From assembly GCA_043744235.1 (NCBI GenBank), contig JAYTVB010000046.1, positions 41,026 to 105,025 on the forward strand: DNA of 64,000 bases, read 5' to 3'. The position numbers were made by a program, and so were the translations under genes. Of the stretch, positions 44,870 to 53,985 are shown in pieces (position 1 is the stretch's first letter; every line of letters begins with the position of its first letter). Under the pieces are notes generated by a model. The model ran no database searches. It was not told where the DNA came from and saw only the letters and a program-made list of their open reading frames with translations. The DNA is from Cyclobacteriaceae bacterium (lineage in GTDB: Bacteria > Bacteroidota > Bacteroidia > Cytophagales > Cyclobacteriaceae).

Positions 44870-45076
44870 GAATTGACCTCACCCTGCTGCAGGTTGACGC
44901 ATTATAATTATTGGATGTTCAGGCAAAGGGACTCAGCCAAGGTCTTATTCTTCTGCATGGGTCGGGCTTTTGCAAAGCAAATAATGATGAATCAGGTCGG
45001 TTTCCTCGCTTCTTTAGGGTTCGGACAACAGATTTTCGATTATTTCTTATCTTCGAAAACTTGAAATCAACAAAGC

Positions 45077-46228
45077 ATGAAGGTATTGACATTTTTACTC
45101 TGCGTGGTTGGACTTTTTTCCTCCTTTAAAAAGGCAGAGGCCCAGGAATACTACGTTACCATCGGTGTTTTTGCCAAGCAGCAGAATGCCGTTCATTATG
45201 CCAACCGGGCGGTTGGCGAGGGATTCTATGCCGAATATGCGCTTAGCGCCGAAAAGAACCTGTATTATGTTTACGTATCAAAGACCACGGACAAAAAGGA
45301 GGCATATGCCTTCCTGATCAAGCTAAGGGTTCAGTCCAGGTTTAAAGATGCCTGGTTGTTTGAAGGGCATTTGGGTGATGCGCCTGCTGTAGTTGACAGG
45401 AAGCCAGTGACGGAGCCTGTCGTCACAGGTGCCGTTGTAACACAACCAACACAGCCTGATGTTAAAACAGAACCAGTCGTCAGAAAGGATTCTGCAGCGG
45501 TAAAGGCAGCGCCAAAGAAGGCAAAAGGAAAGTTCTTTGTTTTCAAATTCATCAACGAGGAAAATGGAAACGAGATTCGTGGTGAATTGCACCTCCAGGA
45601 ATCTAACACCGCCACTCAATACCAGGCCTTCAAAGCCAATGAGTTGGTTGATGTTACTGCACCTCGCAACCCGGGCGGCGTGTACTGGCTCACGTCCGTG
45701 GCGCCTGGATATCAAACCGTTCAGGAGACGTTTAACTTCAAAGATCCGCTTCCCAGTTCATCAGGAACAGGACCTGACGGCGAATTGATCATTCCCATTG
45801 GGCTCAAACGGGCCAAACGGGGTGATTACATCGAATTCAACAACGTGAGCTTCTATCGAAATTCGGTGATCATGCAGAAGCAGTCACAGCTTGAACTCGA
45901 CGGACTCATTGACCTGATGAAGGAGCACACCAATTACAAAGTCAAGGTTCATGGCCATTGCAACGGCAATGAATCAAGAGACATTATCACCCTCGGGTCA
46001 AGTGAAAAGTTCTTTGAAAATGATCCGGGTAATGAAAAGAAACCCGGCTCTGCCAGGGAACTCACAGAACTCAGGGCCGAAGCCGTAAGACGTTACATGG
46101 TGTCTCAGGGCGTTGACGTGGAGCGCATCCTGACCAAAGGAGAAGGCGGTAAAATGATGATCTACCCGCAAACCAGTGTGTACGCAAACTACAACGACCG
46201 CGTGGAAGTTGAAGTGGTCAGGCACTAG
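45077..46228 (+). CDS. SPOR-like + OmpA-family peptidoglycan-binding protein (paralog)
   Basis: Signal peptide and SPOR-like YYVTIGVFAKQQNAVHY...LYYVYV. C-terminal OmpA-like domain ending NDRVEVEV. Confidence 0.75.
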   Translation: MKVLTFLLCVVGLFSSFKKAEAQEYYVTIGVFAKQQNAVHYANRAVGEGFYAEYALSAEKNLYYVYVSKTTDKKEAYAFLIKLRVQSRFKDAWLFEGHLGDAPAVVDRKPVTEPVVTGAVVTQPTQPDVKTEPVVRKDSAAVKAAPKKAKGKFFVFKFINEENGNEIRGELHLQESNTATQYQAFKANELVDVTAPRNPGGVYWLTSVAPGYQTVQETFNFKDPLPSSSGTGPDGELIIPIGLKRAKRGDYIEFNNVSFYRNSVIMQKQSQLELDGLIDLMKEHTNYKVKVHGHCNGNESRDIITLGSSEKFFENDPGNEKKPGSARELTELRAEAVRRYMVSQGVDVERILTKGEGGKMMIYPQTSVYANYNDRVEVEVVRH

Positions 46229-46242
46229 AATTTCCAGGACAT

Positions 46243-46278
46243 AAAAAAAGCCGCCTTGGTTCAGGGCGGCTTTTTTTT
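46243..46278. terminator. bidirectional intrinsic terminator
   Basis: A7 tract, stem AGCCGCC (46249-46255) / GGCGGCT (46265-46271), then a T8 tract. It lies between convergent genes. Confidence 0.8.
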
Positions 46279-46279
46279 G

Positions 46280-47650
46280 CTAGGAGGTCATGGCCTTCAG
46301 AATATCATGCTGGGTGATGATGTGAACTTTCCGGGAGTCATCGCGGACCAGGAGCGCCTTGTTGTTTCTGTTCAGCATTGACGACAACACATCCAGGGTT
46401 GTATCCAGCGCGACAAACTGCATCGGTTTGTCCATTAGGTCTCCAACGGTATTGTCCTTCACCGCTGGATTTTCAATTATTCTTTCAAGCAGGGAAGCCG
46501 AAGCAACACTGCCGACAAACTCATCATCATCGACTACCGGCACCTGGTCAATGCCCTGCTGGTTCATGATCTTGATAGCCTCTCCGATCCGCGCGCTCTT
46601 CTTCACGGTGAACAGTCCGTCTGTCACGTTTCGGTGACGGATGATGTCCCGGGCAGATGCAAAAACCCGCTCCTCCAGGAACCCGTGGTCCTTCATCCAG
46701 TTATCGTTGTAGACCTTGTTCAGGTACCGTGTGCCGTGGTCGGGAAGCAGGACGACCATGGTATCGTTTTTGGTCAGGTGTTCCCGCGCGTATTCCAGGG
46801 CACCGTGCATGGCAGAGCCGCTGCTCCAGCCCACAAACAAGCCTTCCTCCCGTGACAACCTGCGTGCCATGATGGCGCCGTCTTTGTCGGTGACCTTGAT
46901 GAATCGGTCAATCACATCAAAGTCAACATTTTTGGGCAGGATGTCTTCCCCGAAACCCTCCGTGAGGTAAGGGTATATCTCATTCCTATCGAAAATGCCG
47001 GTTTCCTTGTACTTCTTAAAAACGGAACCATAGGTATCAATTCCCACCGTCACCAGCGAAGGGCTCTGTTCTTTCAGAAACCTGGCGGTACCGCACATGG
47101 ATCCGCCCGTTCCGACAGTGGCTGCATAGTGTGTGATTTTTCCTGCGCTCTGCCTCCAGATTTCAGGCCCGGTGGCTTCGTAGTGCGCCGCCGTGTTGGA
47201 AAGGTTATCGTATTGGTTGGGATAATAGGAATTGGGAATGTCCTTGTTCAGTTTCCGCGCCACGGAATAATACGAGCGGGGGTCTTCAGGCTCAACATTG
47301 GTCGGGCATACAATTACTTCGGCGCCGACGGCCTTCAGGATATCGATCTTCTCCTGGGATTGCTTATCGGCCATCGTGAAAATGCACTTGTACCCTTTGG
47401 CAATCGCGGTCAATGCGAGGCCCATGCCCGTGTTGCCCGACGTGCCTTCGATGATGGTTCCGCCGGGTTTCAGGATGCCGGCCTTTTCTGCGTCCTCAAC
47501 CATTTTCAATGCCATCCTGTCCTTAGTGGAGTTCCCGGGGTTGAAGTACTCCACCTTTACCAGGATGGTGCCGGCGATGCCGCGGTTGAGTTTATTGATC
47601 CTGATCATCGGCGTATTTCCAATGGTCTCCACAATGGAATTGTAAATCAT
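46280..47650 (-). CDS. cystathionine beta-synthase-type PLP enzyme (CysK/CBS fold + tandem CBS domains)
   Basis: 456 aa. PLP-lysine context NPGNSTKDRMAL and GTSGNTG. The C-terminal ~130 aa has a CBS-pair pattern. Confidence 0.8.
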   Translation of the reverse strand: MIYNSIVETIGNTPMIRINKLNRGIAGTILVKVEYFNPGNSTKDRMALKMVEDAEKAGILKPGGTIIEGTSGNTGMGLALTAIAKGYKCIFTMADKQSQEKIDILKAVGAEVIVCPTNVEPEDPRSYYSVARKLNKDIPNSYYPNQYDNLSNTAAHYEATGPEIWRQSAGKITHYAATVGTGGSMCGTARFLKEQSPSLVTVGIDTYGSVFKKYKETGIFDRNEIYPYLTEGFGEDILPKNVDFDVIDRFIKVTDKDGAIMARRLSREEGLFVGWSSGSAMHGALEYAREHLTKNDTMVVLLPDHGTRYLNKVYNDNWMKDHGFLEERVFASARDIIRHRNVTDGLFTVKKSARIGEAIKIMNQQGIDQVPVVDDDEFVGSVASASLLERIIENPAVKDNTVGDLMDKPMQFVALDTTLDVLSSMLNRNNKALLVRDDSRKVHIITQHDILKAMTS

Positions 47651-47676
47651 GATAATGGTTGTTGGGCGTGCAATTT

Positions 47677-47703
47677 AACAAAAAGCCTGCCGTGTGGGCA
47701 GAC
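47677..47703 (-). terminator. intrinsic terminator after pyrB
   Basis: Minus-strand stem GTCTGCC / GGCAGGC (one mismatch), loop CACAC, then TTTTTGTT. Confidence 0.5.
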
Positions 47704-47721
47704 TGAATCAGATTAGATTTT

Positions 47722-48648
47722 TCAGCTTGCGGCCCCGGCCAGCAGGTACATAACAGCCATTCTGACCGCAACGCCATTTTCAACCTGGTCCAGGATGATG
47801 CTGTGATGGGAGTCGGCAGCATCGCTGCTCAGTTCGACGCCCCGGTTGATGGGACCCGGGTGCATGAGAATAATATCTTTTTTCAGGCTGTCCAATAACT
47901 TTTTGTTGATGCCGTAGTACAGCGAATACTCACGGAGGCTGGGGAAGTATTTTATTTGTTGCCGTTCCAGCTGGATGCGCAGCACGTTGGCAACATCACA
48001 CCATTCCAGCGCCTTCCGGAGGTCCCACTCGACCTTCACGCCCAACTGCCCAATGTATTTTGGCAGCAGGGTAGGGGGTCCGCACACCAGGATCTCGGCA
48101 CCGAGTTTCTTCAACGCGAAGATGTTGGACAAGGCAACGCGGGAATGCAGGATGTCACCGATAATGGCAATCTTTTTCCCCTTGACGGTTTTCAGTTTTT
48201 CCCTGATGGAATACGCATCGAGCAGGGCCTGTGTGGGATGCTCGTGGGTGCCGTCACCGGCATTGATGATATTGGCTTTGATGTGCTTGGCCAGGTAATG
48301 CGGCGCGCCGGGACTTGCGTGACGCATCACTATCATGTCCACCTTCATCGCCAGGATGTTGTTGACGGTATCGAGCAGGGTCTCACCTTTCTTCACCGAA
48401 CTGGTGGACGCCGAAAAATTGATAACATCGGCAGAAAGTCGTTTCTGCGCCAGCTCAAAGGAAAGGCGGGTGCGTGTTGAATTCTCAAAGAAGACGTTGG
48501 CAATGGTTACATCGCGGAGGGAAGGAACTTTCTTGATCGGCCGGTTGATCACCTCCTTGAAGTTATCCGCTGTTTCAAAAATGAGCTGAATGTCTTCCCG
48601 TGTGATGTTCTTGATTCCAAGTAAGTGGGGCTGGCTCAGTCGTGACAT
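47722..48648 (-). CDS. pyrB: aspartate carbamoyltransferase catalytic subunit
   Basis: 308 aa. STRTRLSFE and HEHPTQALLD motifs. Confidence 0.95.
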   Translation of the reverse strand: MSRLSQPHLLGIKNITREDIQLIFETADNFKEVINRPIKKVPSLRDVTIANVFFENSTRTRLSFELAQKRLSADVINFSASTSSVKKGETLLDTVNNILAMKVDMIVMRHASPGAPHYLAKHIKANIINAGDGTHEHPTQALLDAYSIREKLKTVKGKKIAIIGDILHSRVALSNIFALKKLGAEILVCGPPTLLPKYIGQLGVKVEWDLRKALEWCDVANVLRIQLERQQIKYFPSLREYSLYYGINKKLLDSLKKDIILMHPGPINRGVELSSDAADSHHSIILDQVENGVAVRMAVMYLLAGAAS

Positions 48649-48651
48649 AAA

Positions 48652-49191
48652 TCAATCCTTGTTAATAAGCCAAATCTTGTTGTCCTTATGACTTCCATCC
48701 AGCTCGACGAGGACGCGCTGGCTTTCCAGTGTATTGACGTACTGACCTACATAATCCGCGGCGATGGGAAGTTCACGGGTGCGTTTGCGGTCAATGAGAA
48801 CGAGCAATTCTACTTTCTCTGGTCTTCCAAAAGCAATCATGGCGTCGAGGGCGGCGCGGACGGTGCGGCCGGTGTACAGCACATCGTCGATCAGCACCAC
48901 TTTCTTGCCTTCAATGAGGAAGGGTACCCTGGTTTCACTGGCCTTGGCGGGAATTTCACGTCTCCTGAAATCGTCGCGGTGAAAAGTGGCATCCAGGTAT
49001 CCGAGGGGGATTTGCGTTTTCAGGGTGGCTGCCAGTTTCTCCTGTATCCATTCAGCAAGGAAAATACCCCTTGGCTGAAGGCCCAGGAGCACGGATTGTT
49101 CAAAGTCGCCGTGATTTTCGATTAATTCCTGGCAAAGGCGGTCAAGCGTGATGGTGAGAAGGTCCGAACCAAGAATGAGTTTTTTCTGCAT
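48652..49191 (-). CDS. pyrR: bifunctional pyr regulator / uracil phosphoribosyltransferase
   Basis: 179 aa. PRTase motif KVVLIDDVLYTGRTVRAA. It lies directly upstream of pyrB. Confidence 0.9.
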   Translation of the reverse strand: MQKKLILGSDLLTITLDRLCQELIENHGDFEQSVLLGLQPRGIFLAEWIQEKLAATLKTQIPLGYLDATFHRDDFRRREIPAKASETRVPFLIEGKKVVLIDDVLYTGRTVRAALDAMIAFGRPEKVELLVLIDRKRTRELPIAADYVGQYVNTLESQRVLVELDGSHKDNKIWLINKD

Positions 49192-49238
49192 GACCGGTGG
49201 ACAAATATAAGGGTTCTTTCCTGATCCTGCGACAGGTC

Positions 49239-50765
49239 TTACCGGTAGGTTATTTTGTTCACGAAAAACACCCGCCTGCCGGCAGTCCCGGCCTCCCGCT
49301 TCAGCCGCTGCACGCCAAAAGCAAAGAAATAGTTGCCATACCAGTAGTCCAGTGACTCGCTTTCAATGTTGGGGATATCTACCGTCTCTCCCTGGTTCGA
49401 TGTTTCTATCGGGTTTTCGCTCTTACCCTCCAGCACATCCGCCCCATCAATGATCTTGGTCCGCAGTTTATTTTCAAACAGGTACATCATGACAATCCTG
49501 TCTTTTTCCGCCCTGACTTCCACAAATCTTTCGAGCTGTGGGGCCTTGATGTCATTGATCTCAAAACTGTTGTCCCACTTCAGGTTGCCCAGGTTGTCAA
49601 AACCGATCACCACGGCATGCGTGTATTGATACCCGTCAAATACCAGTTCGTTGCGAACGGGCGCTCCGGTGGAATAAACATCAGGACTGATCCGGTAACT
49701 GTAAAACTGCCCGGCGCTTGGATAACGGTAATGCGGATAGAACGCCTCGCCGGTCATGACGTACTGATTCTGGTAGGGAATGATGTCGTGAATCAGGAAA
49801 CGATAGTTGAACTTAAGTTTTCTGCCCCGCACCGTCTTGCGTTCAATCCTGTCCTTGACCCGTTTCTTTTGTTTGGCCCTCATGTAGTTGAAGAAATTTT
49901 CAAGCTTGGCAAAGCTGTAGTACACGATGGCATATTCGCCGGTTTCAGCGACGCTCGCCACGAAGATGCCACGGGAATAGTCGGTAAACCTTCCATACAC
50001 GCCTGCCACAATCTGCTGCCCGCTGGCCAGTTTGACAGACCGGCCAAAAATAAGGTGCTTGTCCTGTTCCGGCTCCAGGATGGTGGTCTTCGCCAGCGTA
50101 CCCAGTGCGTCGTAGTTCCGGATCCAAAGGCTTCTTTTTTTCTCGTAGTTCTTTGCGCTGACCACGACGTCTACGCTGCCGTCGTCATAAACTTTAAGTT
50201 GGTCAAGCTCCCCCGGCGCGTTGAAGAACCCGGGCAAAATCCGGGAGCGCTGGGTGGCAAAGCTGAAGTAAAGCACAATTGGTCTGTAGTTGTAATACCC
50301 ACCAATCATGGCCGCCTGTGCGGTAATTGCAAACTCTGTGGGCGTGAATGGAATCAGGTTCTTCACAGCGTAGGCGTTGTGATCCCCGTTGCTTAACCTG
50401 ACCGTTGTGATTTGAAAATCTCCGCCATGGGCACGGTCTCTGAAGAGAAGAAAGATGAATTCCGACCGATGCTGAACCTGATGAAGAACAAGGTTCTTTC
50501 CCAACTCAATGAAGCCCTTCCAGTTTTCATGGAGGGATGTGTCCATTTTAATGAATTCAATTTGGTCAAGTTTCTTGCCGTCAAGGCGACGGTATGCGAT
50601 CAGCCCGTCCTGACCAAGGCCCACAGCACTGTATTTCTCCGACGCTTCGTCCGTGATGGGAAGTTCAACCCGGCCCGTCTGTATGATTTGGGCTTGTGCC
50701 CACCCCACGGCCAACAGCAATACAAGGGTGATGAGGCCTTTATTGAAGGCTGATCCTGTTGACAT
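49239..50765 (-). CDS. secreted protein of unknown function (paralog B)
   Basis: About 508 aa from ATG 50765, with signal LITLVLLLAVGWAQAQ. It is colinear with the upstream paralog and has the same C-terminal block ...RRVFFVNKITYR. Confidence 0.65.
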   Translation of the reverse strand: MSTGSAFNKGLITLVLLLAVGWAQAQIIQTGRVELPITDEASEKYSAVGLGQDGLIAYRRLDGKKLDQIEFIKMDTSLHENWKGFIELGKNLVLHQVQHRSEFIFLLFRDRAHGGDFQITTVRLSNGDHNAYAVKNLIPFTPTEFAITAQAAMIGGYYNYRPIVLYFSFATQRSRILPGFFNAPGELDQLKVYDDGSVDVVVSAKNYEKKRSLWIRNYDALGTLAKTTILEPEQDKHLIFGRSVKLASGQQIVAGVYGRFTDYSRGIFVASVAETGEYAIVYYSFAKLENFFNYMRAKQKKRVKDRIERKTVRGRKLKFNYRFLIHDIIPYQNQYVMTGEAFYPHYRYPSAGQFYSYRISPDVYSTGAPVRNELVFDGYQYTHAVVIGFDNLGNLKWDNSFEINDIKAPQLERFVEVRAEKDRIVMMYLFENKLRTKIIDGADVLEGKSENPIETSNQGETVDIPNIESESLDYWYGNYFFAFGVQRLKREAGTAGRRVFFVNKITYR

Positions 50766-52326
50766 AAAAAACGCGGCGGGTTTGGTTTCCCTCTTTCGTA
50801 ATGTTCTTGACGGTTTGAAATCCCCAAACAAAGAAGTGGCGGTCGAACCAGTGCCGGAGACAGCCTTCCTCATCGTCCCCGTTGCGAAGCGCGTCGTATG
50901 GTTCCTTTAATTTAATTTTGGTTTCCCGGCCTTTAGTCTTGTCTTCCAGATCGCCCGACATGCTGGTATGGAATATTTCGCTTTCTTTCTTATAAGCGAT
51001 GAACACACTGTCACCGGCCATAACAAAATCGCCAACCTGATCAAGCGACGACTGATTGATGTCGTCCAGCTTCAGGCTTACGTCTCGCAGAACCTGGCCC
51101 TGCATGCCAAATTGAATCACCATGCTCTGTATCATACTGACGGATGGGTTCCGGACCGGAGAATAGGGGTAAGGGGCACTGTAGTTGTTGTAGCCGCGGT
51201 TGGAAAATGGGCTTAATCCATTTCCGTAATAGCCTGAGGACGGATTATAATAATACGGTGAATAAGGGTACATATCGAAACTGCTTGACTGGCTGTACAT
51301 TTCGGCCAGCAGGTAAAAACCATCTGAACGTTCTTCAATACGAACTGGCGTGACGGATGCTTTGAAATCCGAAGGGTGGCCAAGGGCCTTCTGCCGCTGG
51401 GCCTTCTCTTTAACTTTGGCTGCCTTGGCGGGCGGAAGGAAATCCAGCGAATGCTGGAGCGTGGCAAAGTCGGTATAAGTAATTGTCTGCTCGCTGAAAG
51501 GGTCCAGCGCAACCGAAAACAAGCCCAGGGCCTGCCGTTCGTTGCCATCCCCGTAGGCCCCCAGGATCATCAGTTCATCCAGTTCCAGGCTGCTGGTGAT
51601 GCCGGAAAGGATGGAATACCGGGGATCAAAATCAATAACATCATCAATGAGCAGGTTGCCGTCCTGATCGTAGGTCCGCACCACCAGGCTTTTGTTGTCC
51701 ATGCCCCTGCGCTCGGCCAGAAGCACATTGAAGCTCTGGTTCTGATTGGTACGCACATCAAGGAGGGAAATGTCTTTAATGAAAAGCCCAGGCAGCACTT
51801 TTGGTTTATCGCTCGATTGGTTGTAAAGCAACACAGCTGGTTCGTTTGATACATAACCGCCAAAAATGGCGCTGCTCCCGGCCATCGTGAAGTGGGTCAA
51901 CCGGAAGTTGAGTTCAAACTTGATCCGGTCAACCTGATACAGGCGGTCCATCAGACTGATGGTGACGAGGGCCAGGCTGTAAACGTCTCCGTCGCCATCC
52001 TTGAAAAGCAGGTAGAGATGCCGGGGACTGTACTCATACCCCATCAGTATCAATCGTGTGTCCAGTTCCAGTTCGATAATCCAGGTGCTGGTCAGGGTGG
52101 TATCGATTACTTCCAGTTCCCATTTTCTTTTGCCCTGGCCGTACTTGTTCATGTCACGCACAATGGCCAATCCTTCCTTCTTAAGCGAAATGACGGTTAA
52201 GCCTGATTCAGCAGGTTTCAGTTCCTTTTCAAACCGGTAGGGCTGCCTGAACCTGTCTTGCGCTTCCGTTGTGACTGCGGCAAGAAGCGTCACCAGCCAC
52301 GCGGCCAAAATCAATTCTCGTTTCAA
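50740..52326 (-). CDS. secreted protein of unknown function (paralog A)
   Basis: 528 aa. The TTG start overlaps the EVE stop. Signal MKRELILAAWLVTLLAAVTTEAQ. Has a Tyr/Pro/Ser-rich low-complexity insert. The C-terminus is ...RRVFYVNRISLQ. Confidence 0.65.
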   Translation of the reverse strand: MKRELILAAWLVTLLAAVTTEAQDRFRQPYRFEKELKPAESGLTVISLKKEGLAIVRDMNKYGQGKRKWELEVIDTTLTSTWIIELELDTRLILMGYEYSPRHLYLLFKDGDGDVYSLALVTISLMDRLYQVDRIKFELNFRLTHFTMAGSSAIFGGYVSNEPAVLLYNQSSDKPKVLPGLFIKDISLLDVRTNQNQSFNVLLAERRGMDNKSLVVRTYDQDGNLLIDDVIDFDPRYSILSGITSSLELDELMILGAYGDGNERQALGLFSVALDPFSEQTITYTDFATLQHSLDFLPPAKAAKVKEKAQRQKALGHPSDFKASVTPVRIEERSDGFYLLAEMYSQSSSFDMYPYSPYYYNPSSGYYGNGLSPFSNRGYNNYSAPYPYSPVRNPSVSMIQSMVIQFGMQGQVLRDVSLKLDDINQSSLDQVGDFVMAGDSVFIAYKKESEIFHTSMSGDLEDKTKGRETKIKLKEPYDALRNGDDEEGCLRHWFDRHFFVWGFQTVKNITKEGNQTRRVFYVNRISLQ

Positions 52327-52727
52327 GGTTTACCGCTTAGCTTGATAATGAGGTCGAACTCTTCTTTCGTTACAGGCTGCACAGACAATCGCGGTGCCCT
52401 GACCAGTACCATTTTTTGCATGTTTTTCTCTCCCCGTATGCTTGCCAATGTTACGGGATTCTTCAGCGCCTTTTCAGGCAGGAGATCAACGGCTGTCCAG
52501 GCCGGATCACCTGGCTCCGGATATCCTTCCCGGGCCACGGTTGATATACCCACGACGGCTTTCTCATCGCCGGTATGATAGATCAACGCTTTATCGCCCT
52601 TTTTCATTCCCTGAAGGTTCTTCCGGGCCTGAAAGTTCCGGACCCCATCCCACGCAGCACCCTTTTTCCGGACAAGGTCTGCCCATGAGAAGGTTGACGG
52701 CTCCGTCTTCAATAGCCAGTAATTCAT
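52323..52727 (-). CDS. EVE (PUA-like) domain protein
   Basis: 134 aa. MNYWLLKTEPSTFSWADL...WDGVRNFQARKNL...GDKALIYHTG...RLSVQPV, a typical EVE pattern. Confidence 0.85.
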   Translation of the reverse strand: MNYWLLKTEPSTFSWADLVRKKGAAWDGVRNFQARKNLQGMKKGDKALIYHTGDEKAVVGISTVAREGYPEPGDPAWTAVDLLPEKALKNPVTLASIRGEKNMQKMVLVRAPRLSVQPVTKEEFDLIIKLSGKP

Positions 52728-52850
52728 AGGTTTGGAATTAACGCACCTAAAATAGCAAATAGATGGGTGAAATATTCGCCGACTCCACTACCCCCGGCAA
52801 GGGTATTCTTGAAATCATAATGCTAAATTTGAACTTACCCCGGTTACCCC

Positions 52851-53861
52851 ATGAAGGTCCTCATCCTGCGCTTTTCCTCCATTGGAGATATTGTCCTGAC
52901 CACACCCGTGGTCAGGACCCTGAAAGCCCAGGTAGAGGAAATTGAGATTCACTATGCGACCAAAGAACAGTTCAGGCCACTGTTGGAGTCCAATCCCTAT
53001 ATTGACAAAATGCATTTCCTTCAGGACAGCCTTTCTTCGCTGATTGAAGAACTGCGCCTGGAGAAGTTTGATGCTGTTATTGATCTTCACCATAACCTGC
53101 GCACACTTCGGATCAAATATGCGCTGGGGGTGAAGTCTTATAGTTTCAATAAGCTCAACATCGAAAAGTGGCTGATGGTCAACCTGAAGATTAACAAACT
53201 GCCCAATGTTCATATTGTAGATCGTTACATGGACACGGTCAAGCCGCTGGGGGTGAAGATGGATGCGCTGGGACTGGACTACTTCATTCCTGAAAAGGAC
53301 GAGGTTCCGTTGGACTGGCTCCCGGCTGATTTTCAGAATGGATATGTGGTCTACGCTATCGGCGCCCAGCATGTTACCAAGAGACTTCCGTTGAACCGAA
53401 TGATTGAGTTGTGCGATAGGATCAACAAGCCCATTGTGTTGCTGGGCGGTAAGGAAGACCAGGAAACAGGCGACGCCGTTGCCGCGTTCTTCCATCGTCA
53501 GGCGACGGACGATCACCCGACTGAAAAGGTACTTCACGACATGAACAAGAGATCCCTGGTGTACAACGCCTGCGGGAGATTCAACATCAACCAGTCGGCC
53601 TCTGTGGTAAAGAAGGCCCAATATGTGTTCACCCACGATACGGGATTGATGCATATTGCAGCCGCTTTTCGAAGGGAAATCTTTTGCTTATGGGGCAATA
53701 CCATTCCTGCCTTTGGCATGTACCCTTTCCGGACCAGGTTCACGACCCTGGAAAATAACAAGGTTGGCTGCCGGCCCTGTTCCAAAATCGGCTATAAAAA
53801 GTGCCCAAAAGGGCATTTCAGGTGCATGAATGAGTTGGTTTTGGATTTTTATTTGCCTTAG
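52851..53861 (+). CDS. glycosyltransferase family 9 (heptosyltransferase-like)
   Basis: 336 aa. N-terminus MKVLILRFSSIGDIVLTTPVVRTLK is typical of GT9. Confidence 0.8.
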   Translation: MKVLILRFSSIGDIVLTTPVVRTLKAQVEEIEIHYATKEQFRPLLESNPYIDKMHFLQDSLSSLIEELRLEKFDAVIDLHHNLRTLRIKYALGVKSYSFNKLNIEKWLMVNLKINKLPNVHIVDRYMDTVKPLGVKMDALGLDYFIPEKDEVPLDWLPADFQNGYVVYAIGAQHVTKRLPLNRMIELCDRINKPIVLLGGKEDQETGDAVAAFFHRQATDDHPTEKVLHDMNKRSLVYNACGRFNINQSASVVKKAQYVFTHDTGLMHIAAAFRREIFCLWGNTIPAFGMYPFRTRFTTLENNKVGCRPCSKIGYKKCPKGHFRCMNELVLDFYLP

Positions 53862-53985
53862 GAGCTAAAATGGCCGGTTTCTATTGCACAAGAAACTGAA
53901 TAAATCACGATAAGGGCTCTTGAGGCTCAATTAATGGCAGAAATCAGGCCTCCATTTACTATTTTTGAGGTTAAGGAATCCCACA

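Noticed and set aside
49192-49238. A PyrR-binding attenuator upstream of pyrR.
   Set aside because: The gap is only 47 nt. It contains no ARUCCAGAGAGGYU-like binding loop or terminator.
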